Shown here one piece after another: positions 9,047-18,098 of a stretch of 32,000 nt of DNA. The position numbers and the translations under genes are program-made. Location of the stretch: positions 2,490,001-2,522,000 of the forward strand of contig NC_017039.1 in assembly GCF_000284455.1 (NCBI RefSeq), read 5' to 3'. A model generated the notes under the pieces. That model saw only the letters and a list, made by a program, of their open reading frames with translations. It was not told the DNA's origin and ran no database searches. Origin of the DNA: Synechocystis sp. PCC 6803 substr. PCC-P. GTDB taxonomy: Bacteria; Cyanobacteriota; Cyanobacteriia; Cyanobacteriales; Microcystaceae. Position 1 is the stretch's first letter, and each line of letters opens with the position of its first letter.

Positions 9047-11704
9047 TTACTCAGATTTACGGGCAGCAGGGGGAGCGGGTAATCCGGCATTAGCATCGGC
9101 GGGGGCGGCTGCAGGAGCAGCAACTGGGGCCGGAGCACTGACTGCCCTAGGGGGAGCTGAGGGTGCAGAAGCTGGAGCACTAGTCCTAGCAGTTTGGATA
9201 TTACTGGGGCGGGCGGCATCGGTCTGGGTACGGCGATGACGGCGGGGTCGCTCAGTGGTGTTCTGACCGTCTGTTTCCGGTGAGCTAGGAGGAGCAAGGG
9301 TTTTGACCCGACGCTTAATGGGTTCGGCTTTAATGCTGGGTTTACGTTGGTCGAGATTTTTGGGCAGGGCAGGGAAGGATTGCACCGGCATCCCCTTGGT
9401 GGCGTCCCGCATAAATTGTCCCCAAACCATGGCGGCGGTGGTGCTGGCTCCATTGGTGGGGCGACTATTGTCGTTGCCTAACCACACCCCGGTGACCAGT
9501 TGGGGAATATAACCAATAAACCAAAGATCCTTTGCTTCATCCGATGTACCGGTTTTTCCTGCTACTTGGCGATCGCCTAATTGAGCGGGGCGACCAGTAC
9601 CGGAAGTGACGACCCGACGCATCATGGAAGTGAGGATGGCATTGCTTTCGGGATCTAGGGCTTGGGTTTGTTTATGTTCTGCCTTGTACACCACTTCCCC
9701 TTGAGCGTTGACCACATTTTGGATGGCGTAGGGTTGCACATGGGTACCCTTATTGGCAAAGGTACCGTAGGCACTGGTCATTTCCAACGGGGTCATTTCC
9801 CAAGCGCCTAAAGCGAGGGAATAGGTAGGTTCCAGCTTGGAAGTAATCCCCATTTGTCGGGCCAAATTGATGACTGGATTCCAGCCCACATCCAGCAGTA
9901 AGCGCACCGCCACCACATTGACAGAACTGGTGAGAGCATCCGTCAGGGACATGTTGCCGCCAGTATAGCGATCGCCATAGTTGGCCGGTTGGTAGCCGCC
10001 AATGTCAATGGGCACATTAAGGTAACTTTTGTTGGGGGAAATGCCGGAGGCGATCGCCGCTCCGTACAGAATGGGTTTAAAAGTTGATCCTGGTTGTCGT
10101 TTGGCTTGGGTCACTCGGTTAAACTGACTGGCATCGTAGTCTTTGCCACCCACCATCATTTTGATGGCCCCGGTGCGGGGATCCATGGCCACCATGGCCC
10201 CTTCAGAAAACCGCTGCCAACGGCCGTATCTTTTCACCGCATCGCTGAGAACAGTTTGGGCTTCCTCTTGCCATTGTTGATTGAGGGTAGTGTTCACAGT
10301 TAATCCCCCCTGTTGCAGTTCTTCTTCCGGTAATTTGGCCCGCAACTCATCCAAAATATAGTCAGCAAAAAATTCCGCCTCCCGGTTAAAGCGCTTCAGG
10401 GGACTGGGGTTGATTACTAAGGGTTCGGCGATCGCCGCCTGGGCCTCTGCGGGGGTAATAAAACCCACTTCTGCCATGCGGTTCAACACTTCATTACGGC
10501 GACGGGTAGCTAGCTCCAAATTTTGTCGGGGGGAATAAACACTGGGGGCTGGTACTACTCCCGCTAAAGTGGCCGCCTCCCCTAGGGTCAACTCTTCCGG
10601 AGTCTTGCTGAAATAGGCATGGGCCGCATCTGCTACCCCGTAGGCCCCAGAGCCCAGATAGATCAAGTTTAGATAGCGTTCCAAAATTTGATCTTTGGGT
10701 AAGGCAGTCTCAATTTTTTGAGCCAATCGCACCTCCTTCAATTTCCTGGCTAGGGTGCGGTCTTGGGTAAGAAACACGAGGCGGGCTAACTGTTGGGTAA
10801 TGGTACTGCCTCCTTGCATTACGCCCCCGGATTGCACATTGGACAGGGACGCCCGCATAATGCCCTGGAGATCAATGCCCCGGTGTTCCCGGAAGCGACT
10901 ATCTTCACTGGCAACGAATGCCTGCTCCACTAGGGGCGGAATTTCCCCCATGGTGACTTTATCGTGGCTGACATTACCAATTTCCTGGAGAATGGCCCCA
11001 TTGGCCGCCTTGATGGTCATGGTTCCCCTAGGGGCATAGGTGACCACATCGGCGATCGCCACCTGGGTCATGGTTTCCAACTGGTAAAAGCCCCAGGCCA
11101 AAGCGGAAGTTCCCATGCCGGCCCCCAAGCCAAAACCAAATACCAACCAAAATCGAGGCTGTTGAGTTAATTGGGAAACCGATCGCCCAACGTTTTTTAG
11201 TCCGGTGACCAAAGCAAGGGGCGTTTTGGGCGCAGACTGTTTATGTTTACCCCTTTTGCGGCGGCGACGGCGGCGGCTCCCCCTCTCCAATGTATTGTCG
11301 GCAGAGGATAGGGGAACGGACGTAACTTGCTCAGCAGTGACGGTAGATGCCCCAGGTTCACTACCATTACCATTGCTTTTGTTTTGCTCCGCTGCTGCTG
11401 CTCCATTGGCTGAGCTATGGTGTTGAACGTTTTGAATATTAATGGCTGTAACCATTTCCCTGCCCCTGCCATAACCCGGTTCCAGTTCGGCGGCATCGCC
11501 ATCCCCAGGGAAAATTAACCCATCATCGCCATCGACAGAATTTTGCGCTTCAGACTCAAGATGTTGTGCAACCTGTGCAACGGGGAGAGTCTTTTCCTCG
11601 ATCGCCGAAGATTTAACCTCTTCCTCCACTTCCAATGTGTTCGCTAACTGGTGGAGAAAGTTGACGGTAGAGCGCTTAAGTTTGCGGGAGAAGGATTTAA
11701 ACAC
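9047..11704 (-). CDS. Bifunctional class A penicillin-binding protein (transglycosylase/transpeptidase)
   Basis: ASEDSRFREHRGID, GGSTITQQLAR, GAGAYG-like segment, transpeptidase motifs PGSTFKP (SxxK), SSVN (SxN), KTGTS (KTG). Single TM segment after a long cytoplasmic N-terminus. Confidence 0.96.
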   Translation of the reverse strand: MFKSFSRKLKRSTVNFLHQLANTLEVEEEVKSSAIEEKTLPVAQVAQHLESEAQNSVDGDDGLIFPGDGDAAELEPGYGRGREMVTAINIQNVQHHSSANGAAAAEQNKSNGNGSEPGASTVTAEQVTSVPLSSADNTLERGSRRRRRRKRGKHKQSAPKTPLALVTGLKNVGRSVSQLTQQPRFWLVFGFGLGAGMGTSALAWGFYQLETMTQVAIADVVTYAPRGTMTIKAANGAILQEIGNVSHDKVTMGEIPPLVEQAFVASEDSRFREHRGIDLQGIMRASLSNVQSGGVMQGGSTITQQLARLVFLTQDRTLARKLKEVRLAQKIETALPKDQILERYLNLIYLGSGAYGVADAAHAYFSKTPEELTLGEAATLAGVVPAPSVYSPRQNLELATRRRNEVLNRMAEVGFITPAEAQAAIAEPLVINPSPLKRFNREAEFFADYILDELRAKLPEEELQQGGLTVNTTLNQQWQEEAQTVLSDAVKRYGRWQRFSEGAMVAMDPRTGAIKMMVGGKDYDASQFNRVTQAKRQPGSTFKPILYGAAIASGISPNKSYLNVPIDIGGYQPANYGDRYTGGNMSLTDALTSSVNVVAVRLLLDVGWNPVINLARQMGITSKLEPTYSLALGAWEMTPLEMTSAYGTFANKGTHVQPYAIQNVVNAQGEVVYKAEHKQTQALDPESNAILTSMMRRVVTSGTGRPAQLGDRQVAGKTGTSDEAKDLWFIGYIPQLVTGVWLGNDNSRPTNGASTTAAMVWGQFMRDATKGMPVQSFPALPKNLDQRKPSIKAEPIKRRVKTLAPPSSPETDGQNTTERPRRHRRTQTDAARPSNIQTARTSAPASAPSAPPRAVSAPAPVAAPAAAPADANAGLPAPPAARKSE

Positions 11705-11930
11705 GGCGGTGGATAGGCACGGGAAGGCCGAATTTGGTTAAAAAGGACAAACCTAACAGCTAAATAGCTTCGCCGACAAGCCCTTTCCTAATGTATCTCC
11801 TACCATTATGTCAAGGAAAATTTCAGTAAGGGCAAATCTAAAGTGCAGATTAGGGACTGGAGAAACAGTCCTGGCCAATCCTAACTAAGCTATGGAATCA
11901 ACGGTTAGCTTTTCCAGTTTAATTCTGATA

Positions 11931-12015
11931 CGGAGAGGGGGGGATTCGAACCCCCGTTGAGTTGCCCCAAAACAGATTTCGAGTCTGCCGCATTCAACCG
12001 CTCTGCCACCTCTCC
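11931..12015 (-). tRNA. tRNA-Ser, anticodon CGA
   Basis: Minus-strand sequence GGAGAGGTGGCAGAGCGGTTGAATGCGGCAGACTCGAAATCTGTTTTGGGGCAACTCAACGGGGGTTCGAATCCCCCCCTCTCCG: 7-bp acceptor (GGAGAGG/CCTCTCC), anticodon loop CTCGAAA, long class II variable arm, T-arm GGGGGTTCGAATCCCCC, discriminator G. CCA is not encoded. Confidence 0.96.
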
Positions 12016-12240
12016 AGGGAATTCTTGAGAAGGATTTCTGCAATTTTCCGCCCCCATCTTAGCGCAGATTTGCCGTGGGTTATTCTGGGCTTCAGGTATT
12101 GGGGTAGAATACGGGGATTGTTGACGACCATGGCCTTGCCGTCAGTTAGACCCAGAAACGACACCACGAATCTAGTCTCTCTGAGGTGTGCCTGGGGATT
12201 CGCCCTCACCTCCAGTATAAATTCCTGACTGCCGATCGCC

Positions 12241-13869
12241 GTGACTACCCAAATCCCCGTTCCCCCCGTTGTAAGCGACCAGGCTCTGCCGGACCGCATA
12301 TCCGATCGCCTCAAGGGGCAGATCATCGTTATTTTAGACTTTGGCTCCCAGTATTCGGAACTAATTGCCCGACGCATCCGGGAAACTGAAGTTTATTCCG
12401 AAGTTTTGTCCTACCGCACCACGGCGCAACAGTTGCGGGAAATTAAGCCCAAAGGCATTATCCTTTCCGGTGGCCCCAATTCCGTTTACGACCAGGGGGC
12501 TCCCGAGTGTGACCCAGAAATTTTTCAGTTAGGCGTTCCTGTGTTGGGAGTCTGCTATGGCATGCAACTGATGGTTAAACAGTTGGGCGGCCGGGTGGAG
12601 CGGGCCAAGCGGGGGGAATATGGCAAAGCGAGTCTGCACATCGACGACCCCACTGATTTGCTCACCAATGTAGAAAACGACAGTACCATGTGGATGAGCC
12701 ATGGGGATTCCTGTGTGGATCTGCCGACGGGCTTTGAAATCCTCGCCCACACGGACAATACTCCCTGTGCAGCGATCGCCGATCATCAAAAGGCTTTGTT
12801 TGGGGTACAGTTTCACCCGGAAGTGGTGCATTCTGTGGGGGGCATTGCCCTCATCCGCAACTTTGTCTATCACATTTGCCACTGTGAACCCACTTGGACC
12901 ACCGCCGCTTTCATTGAAGAATCCATTCGGGAAGTCCGTTCCCAAGTAGGTGATCGCCGAGTTTTATTAGCCCTTTCCGGTGGGGTAGACTCATCCACTT
13001 TGGCTTTTCTGCTCCATCGGGCGATCGGGGATAACCTCACCTGTATGTTCATTGACCAAGGTTTCATGCGTAAAGGGGAGCCGGAAAGGTTAGTGGAACT
13101 ATTTGATCACCAGTTTCATATCCCGGTCCAATACGTCAACGCCCGCGACCGTTTCCTCAAGCAACTGGAAGGAGTAACGGACCCAGAGGAAAAACGTCGG
13201 CTGATTGGGCACGAATTTATCCAGGTATTTGAAGAAGAGTCCAACCGTCTTGGGCCCTTTGATTACTTGGCCCAGGGAACCCTTTATCCCGACGTAATCG
13301 AATCGGCTGATAGTAACGTGGACCCGAAAACCGGCGAACGGGTGGCGGTAAAAATTAAAAGTCACCACAACGTCGGAGGTTTACCCAAAAATCTCCGCTT
13401 TAAACTGGTGGAACCCCTCCGCAAACTATTCAAAGACGAAGTAAGAAAATTAGGTCGCTCCATTGGTTTACCAGAAGAAATTGTCCGTCGTCATCCTTTC
13501 CCTGGCCCTGGCCTAGCCATTCGTATCATTGGCGAAGTTACCTCAGAGCGGCTTAATATTTTGCGGGATGCGGACTTCATTGTGCGGGACGAAATTTCCA
13601 AACGGGGTATTTACCATGACTATTGGCAAGCTTTTGCTGTACTGTTACCCATCCGCAGCGTGGGGGTAATGGGGGACAAACGCACCTATGCTCACCCCGT
13701 TGTTCTACGCTTTATCACCAGTGAAGACGGTATGACCGCCGATTGGGCCCGGGTTCCCTACGATATTCTCGAAGCCATTTCCAACCGCATTGTCAACGAA
13801 GTTAAGGGGGTTAACCGGGTAGTTTATGACATCACGTCCAAGCCCCCTGGCACTATCGAGTGGGAATGA
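12241..13869 (+). CDS. guaA: GMP synthase (glutamine-hydrolysing), GTG start
   Basis: GVCYGMQLM class I amidotransferase nucleophile, [21 protein letters not shown]-loop, [10 protein letters not shown] and C-terminal [18 protein letters not shown]. Confidence 0.98.
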   Translation: MTTQIPVPPVVSDQALPDRISDRLKGQIIVILDFGSQYSELIARRIRETEVYSEVLSYRTTAQQLREIKPKGIILSGGPNSVYDQGAPECDPEIFQLGVPVLGVCYGMQLMVKQLGGRVERAKRGEYGKASLHIDDPTDLLTNVENDSTMWMSHGDSCVDLPTGFEILAHTDNTPCAAIADHQKALFGVQFHPEVVHSVGGIALIRNFVYHICHCEPTWTTAAFIEESIREVRSQVGDRRVLLALSGGVDSSTLAFLLHRAIGDNLTCMFIDQGFMRKGEPERLVELFDHQFHIPVQYVNARDRFLKQLEGVTDPEEKRRLIGHEFIQVFEEESNRLGPFDYLAQGTLYPDVIESADSNVDPKTGERVAVKIKSHHNVGGLPKNLRFKLVEPLRKLFKDEVRKLGRSIGLPEEIVRRHPFPGPGLAIRIIGEVTSERLNILRDADFIVRDEISKRGIYHDYWQAFAVLLPIRSVGVMGDKRTYAHPVVLRFITSEDGMTADWARVPYDILEAISNRIVNEVKGVNRVVYDITSKPPGTIEWE

Positions 13870-13878
13870 TCAGAACAA

Positions 13879-13910
13879 TGGGGAAGACATAAATAAATTC
13901 CCCAATTTTT
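13879..13910 (+). terminator. Candidate Rho-independent-type terminator downstream of guaA
   Basis: TGGGGAA (13879-13885), 12-nt loop, TTCCCCA (13898-13904), then ATTTTT. 10 bp after the guaA stop. Confidence 0.6.
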
Positions 13911-13956
13911 AAGCAACGAAGTCAAATTTAAGCGCTAGAAGAAAACCAGAAAAACC

Positions 13957-15231
13957 ATGGCCAGACCCATTGCCATCGACTTGTTTGCGGGCTGTGGTGG
14001 CATGTCCTTGGGTTTAGAAGCCGCTGGATTTGATATTGCCGCCGCGGTGGAATTTGATGCAGTGCATTGTTTGGTCCATCATCATAATTTTCCCTATGGT
14101 GTTACTATCTGTCGGGATATTGCTCTGGTAAGTGCGGGCGAAATTCTAAGAAAGTTAAATAATAAAGGTTATTCAAGCGATATAGACCTGATTGCTGGAG
14201 GCCCTCCCTGTCAAGGCTTTTCCCTCATGGGTAAAAGGCAGTTGGATGATCCTCGTAACTCCTTGGTGTTTGAATATGTGCGAATGATTCGGGATCTCAA
14301 ACCCAAATATTTTTTATTTGAAAATGTTCCCGGTATGCGATCGGGGCAACATAAAAAATTTTTAGAGGAATTAGTTAGGGAATTTGAAACCATTGGTTAC
14401 CACATCGAAAAACCAATTTTAGTGCTAGATGCGTCCCTCTATGGTGCTCCCCAAAAACGAAAAAGGTTGATTATTCTCGGCTCCAGAAAAGATGTCAAGC
14501 CTGTCACCTATCCCCTTCCACTCTATTTTGACGTTGCTGAATTAAAACAAAGTAATTGTTCTGAAAAATCAGTTTCTAACATAGCTTATAAACCGCCATT
14601 TACCTGTGGAGAAGCCATTGATGATCTAGTTGACCATACACCCTATGCAGTAGGAGAAGACCAAGGTATTCCATCAGAATTATTGGATTATTCAGCCCTG
14701 AGAAAAAGTTATGCCATCCATGCAAATGGAGCATTTTCCCTCTGCCATAAGCGCCAAGTTAATAATTTAGTTTATGGCCATATTGGTTCTCAACATACTG
14801 AAAAATCAATGAAAAGATTTGCGGATACTGTCCCTGGAACGGTGGAAAGAACCAGTCGCTTTCTGCGGCTATCAAAAACTGGTTTATGTAATACCCTGAG
14901 GGCCGGCACTGCTAGTGATAAGGGTGCTTATACCGCCCCTAGGCCAATACACTACGCCTTACCTAGATGTATAACTGTGAGAGAAGCGGCCAGACTCCAT
15001 ACCTATCCGGATTGGTTTCAGTTCCACAACACCATCTGGCACGGCTTTCGGGAAATTGGTAACTCCGTCGTACCTTTGCTGGCTAAGGTTTTGGGAGAAC
15101 AGGTTATGGCCGCATTGAATTGTTCTGTTGAGGATTTGCCGGTTTATGAACTGGAGCCCCAAGACCGAACATTACTACATTACAATTTGCCCCAGGCTAG
15201 TCGATATTTATGTGCCAAATCCCATTCCTAA
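13957..15231 (+). CDS. DNA (cytosine-5) methyltransferase, orphan, M.Ssp6803I (CGATCG)-like
   Basis: Motif I DLFAGCGGMSLGLEAAG, motif IV GGPPCQGFSLMG, motif VI FENVPGM, motif VIII QKRKRLIIL, motif IX-like TVREAARLHTYPDWFQF, motif X GNSVVPLLAKVL. The CGATCG specificity is from family knowledge, not shown by the sequence. Confidence 0.95.
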   Translation: MARPIAIDLFAGCGGMSLGLEAAGFDIAAAVEFDAVHCLVHHHNFPYGVTICRDIALVSAGEILRKLNNKGYSSDIDLIAGGPPCQGFSLMGKRQLDDPRNSLVFEYVRMIRDLKPKYFLFENVPGMRSGQHKKFLEELVREFETIGYHIEKPILVLDASLYGAPQKRKRLIILGSRKDVKPVTYPLPLYFDVAELKQSNCSEKSVSNIAYKPPFTCGEAIDDLVDHTPYAVGEDQGIPSELLDYSALRKSYAIHANGAFSLCHKRQVNNLVYGHIGSQHTEKSMKRFADTVPGTVERTSRFLRLSKTGLCNTLRAGTASDKGAYTAPRPIHYALPRCITVREAARLHTYPDWFQFHNTIWHGFREIGNSVVPLLAKVLGEQVMAALNCSVEDLPVYELEPQDRTLLHYNLPQASRYLCAKSHS

Positions 15232-16242
15232 AGCAGTTAGAATTACCACTCCAAAAATTAGACGGTACCAAACAAAAATCCAGGTGCTACGTTTTTGCAA
15301 AAATTTGATCAGCCAGGCGATCGCCAGATAGGAAAAAACAGCAGAGGAAATGGTGCCAACAATGAGGGGGAGGATTGCATCGTTACTGAGATTTTTGTCC
15401 AGTAGACCCTTTAATTCCACTAGACCAGCGATAGTAATGGCCGGGATGCCCAGCAGAAAAGAAAAACGGGCAGCGGCGGCCCGCTCTAGATTGATAAATA
15501 AACCAGCAGTTAAGGTCGAGCCGGAACGGGATACTCCGGGAATCAGGGCTAGGGCTTGGGCGGTGCCCATAATTAACCCATCCTGCCAGCGTAATTTTTC
15601 AAAGGGACGGCGATGGGTGCCCAATTTTTCTGCCAGGGCTAGCAATAGGGCCATGACAATGGAGGCGATCGCAATGGTGCTCAAACTGCGGAAGAAGGAA
15701 TTGTCCAAGTCTTGCACTAACAGTTTCATTAATAGTCCAAAGAAAACAATGGGAATGGTGCCCAAACCAATACCCAGACCTAATTTAAATTCGAGGGAAT
15801 CGTATTGGCGAGTTTGCACAGCTTTGATAATGCCCTTAGCAATGCCGGTTAAATCTTCCCAGAAGTACCAAAATACGGCTCCAATGCTACCCAATTGAAT
15901 AACGGCGGTGAACGCCACCCCTGGATCGCCCCAACCTAAAGCCATGGGCACTGCTTTTAAATGGGCTGTACTACTAATGGGTAGAAATTCCGTTGCCCCC
16001 TGAATAAAGCCCAACACAAAGGCTTGGAACAGATTAATGGATATGCCATTAGATATTACCCCCGTCTCCACTGCCTCGCTGGGAAGGATGGGCTGGGCCA
16101 CTGCAATCCCCCAAGCTTGATGATAAACAACGGCGATCGCCACACTGAGACTAAAGGCACTGAGAAAATTTAATTGGCGGGGGGACATTAACTGTCGATG
16201 ATAATCGGGACTCAAAGATCCTAGCCTATAGTGGCAGAGCAA
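15208..16242 (-). CDS. uppP: Undecaprenyl-diphosphatase UppP/BacA (in-frame ATG at 16188 is a plausible alternative start)
   Basis: FVLGFIQGATEFLPISSTAHL, PGVSRSGSTLTAGL, multiple TM segments. Confidence 0.93.
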   Translation of the reverse strand: MLCHYRLGSLSPDYHRQLMSPRQLNFLSAFSLSVAIAVVYHQAWGIAVAQPILPSEAVETGVISNGISINLFQAFVLGFIQGATEFLPISSTAHLKAVPMALGWGDPGVAFTAVIQLGSIGAVFWYFWEDLTGIAKGIIKAVQTRQYDSLEFKLGLGIGLGTIPIVFFGLLMKLLVQDLDNSFFRSLSTIAIASIVMALLLALAEKLGTHRRPFEKLRWQDGLIMGTAQALALIPGVSRSGSTLTAGLFINLERAAAARFSFLLGIPAITIAGLVELKGLLDKNLSNDAILPLIVGTISSAVFSYLAIAWLIKFLQKRSTWIFVWYRLIFGVVILTALGMGFGT

Positions 16243-16302
16243 TTTCTTGAAACGTTTTTAAACTGTCCCCTAGAATTGTGATCGCCCCACCGTTGCAACT
16301 CC

Positions 16303-16860
16303 ATGGCTTTTCCTATCCTCGTCACCGGCCCCAGTCGTTCAGGTAAAAGTGAATGGGCCGAACATCTTGCAGCGCAAAACCATCCATCCGTTATCTACAT
16401 TGCCACTGGCAAGGAAAATGCCGCGGACGTAGACTGGCAAAATCGCATTCAACAACATCGCGATCGCCGTCCGTCCCATTGGCAAACGTTATGCGTAGAC
16501 CAGAATTTGACTGACACTCTAGAAACCCTACCGGCGGGAAGTTGTGCCTTAGTGGACTCCCTGGGAGGGTGGGTAGCCAATACCCTAGAGCTATCTCCAG
16601 AGCAATGGCAAACTAAACAAAGGGAATTGATCACTTTTGCGACACAGGGGCAAAATACTCCCATAACTATTATCTTTGTGGCCGAAGAAACGGGGTGGGG
16701 GGTGATTCCAGTCTATGCCTTAGGACGCATTTTTCGGGACCGTTTGGGCGCCCTCACTCGTCAACTGGGGGGACTTTGTGGTCAAGTTTACCTCGTGACC
16801 GGCGGTTATGCAGTGGATTTGCGCCGATGGGGAGAACCCCTACCGCCACCAAGGGATTGA
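16303..16860 (+). CDS. cobU: Bifunctional adenosylcobinamide kinase / adenosylcobinamide-phosphate guanylyltransferase
   Basis: P-loop GPSRSGKSEWAE, YIATGKENAAD, RIQQHRDRRPSHW, LVDSLGGWVANTL, EETGWGVIPVYALGRIFRDRLGALT. Confidence 0.93.
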   Translation: MAFPILVTGPSRSGKSEWAEHLAAQNHPSVIYIATGKENAADVDWQNRIQQHRDRRPSHWQTLCVDQNLTDTLETLPAGSCALVDSLGGWVANTLELSPEQWQTKQRELITFATQGQNTPITIIFVAEETGWGVIPVYALGRIFRDRLGALTRQLGGLCGQVYLVTGGYAVDLRRWGEPLPPPRD

Positions 16861-16987
16861 TGAGCAAAACTGAAGTAATCATTAAGTTGTTGTAAACAAA
16901 TATCAGTCCCCACTCAGGAATCGTTAACATGGAGGCCAGCCGCACAGCAGGAGGAAACTTCTGGATTTTTCAGGAGTATTATTCACC

Positions 16988-17410
16988 ATGGCAGACGCCA
17001 TTGAAGTTAAAAATTATCTAGGTCACTGGTTTCAGCTTGGCCGGGCAGTAATCTTTCCCAAAAGTAATGAGGTCGTTTTACCCAGTCCGATTTTTGCTGG
17101 CCAACGATTCTCCCGAGCCTTCGAAGATTGTTGGCAACGCATCCTCACTAGTCGGGAAGATTGTTATCTAGAAGGGACGGAACAAACCCTCCAAAGCCTA
17201 CTTAGCGGTGATTGGGAAATTATCAGTTGTGCCCGCTGTGCGTTGCCGGTGCCCCTGTCCCACAGTCAAATTCCCAATTCTCTTTGTCCTTGTGTTGAGG
17301 TGGAATCCTGGCCGAATTTGGAGTTACCATTGCCCCGCCTACCGGCCAATCAAGTTTGCACCCTAAGAAAAGTTCAGGAGCGGCTGATCCGACAGGAGGA
17401 GGGAGACTGA
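16988..17410 (+). CDS. Conserved hypothetical protein, possible small zinc-ribbon segment (CARC...CPC)
   Basis: 141-codon ORF (140 aa) with C-x2-C and C-x-C spacing in ISCARCALPVPLSHSQIPNSLCPCVE. Confidence 0.65.
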   Translation: MADAIEVKNYLGHWFQLGRAVIFPKSNEVVLPSPIFAGQRFSRAFEDCWQRILTSREDCYLEGTEQTLQSLLSGDWEIISCARCALPVPLSHSQIPNSLCPCVEVESWPNLELPLPRLPANQVCTLRKVQERLIRQEEGD

Positions 17411-17648
17411 CCAATGTTCACATGGACAATGTGTTTGCTGTTCGATCGCCTTTGAGTAGACTGGGGGACACTGGCTGGGCTAGAAATTTTCCAGCATCGA
17501 CAAAAGTGAATGGATGCCCGAGAATCACAGGCAAAATCTGCCTGGGCACTGCTTCAAAACCGTAGAAAAGGTTAAATTACCGGATTTTTGATTGCCAAGG
17601 CTGGCCAATAGATTAGAATGTAACGGAAAGGTTTACATTTTGTTACAT

Positions 17649-17840
17649 ATGTTGGTGCCCATTCTCATTTTTGATGTGGCTTTGGTGGCCTGGTCCCTCC
17701 ACCTTATGCAACAGGCGATCGAAGAGCAGGAATTTTCTTTGATGCTGGCCGGAACTCTCGTAGCAGCAGCGGCGGCCGCCACATTGGTGGTTTATTTTCT
17801 CATGGGCCATTGTTTATCTCAATTGAGCCAGACTCTTTGA
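17649..17840 (+). CDS. Small (about 63 aa) predicted membrane protein with two hydrophobic segments (track ORF 17592..17840)
   Basis: MLVPILIFDVALVAWSLHLMQQAIEEQEFSLMLAGTLVAAAAAATLVVYFLMGHCLSQLSQTL. Internal ATG at 17649 gives a clean two-TM protein. Confidence 0.5.
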   Translation: MLVPILIFDVALVAWSLHLMQQAIEEQEFSLMLAGTLVAAAAAATLVVYFLMGHCLSQLSQTL

Positions 17841-18098
17841 CCAGCAGCATTGAGCTTTGATAATTGGTTGTCAAATTAGTCTTTGATTCAAAAGTTTACC
17901 TAAGACAGTCCCTCTTTGAGCTAGCCCAGCAGTTTTAGGCACGAATCCTCTGAATTCACCCATTTATAAAGTCTCTAGGAAGGCAGGAATATTTTAGATT
18001 AAGCAGATATCTTCTATGGAAAGCACGGGGAAATATTGACTACTGGCCACTGTTTCAGACCTTGTTCACCAGCTCCACACACGCCCTATCCTGTCGGC

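Noticed and set aside
11197-11502. ggcggcgacggcggcggctcc run as a microsatellite or regulatory repeat
   Set aside because: It encodes the Arg-rich stretch of the PBP N-terminus; it is coding sequence.
12529-12945. 138-aa minus-strand ORF inside guaA
   Set aside because: guaA motifs (amidotransferase and PP-loop) are intact across this stretch, so the antisense ORF is most likely spurious.
13957-15231. Restriction-modification defence island around the methyltransferase
   Set aside because: Neighbours are guaA, uppP and cobU. No endonuclease, helicase or other defence-type ORF is adjacent.
15350-15898. 182-aa plus-strand ORF opposite uppP
   Set aside because: Arg/Lys/Pro-rich shadow translation of a TM-rich gene; uppP is clearly the real gene.
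17619-17636. NtcA-type site GTA-N8-TAC upstream of the small membrane protein
   Set aside because: The GTA...TAC spacing is 11 nt rather than 8, so it does not match the NtcA consensus.
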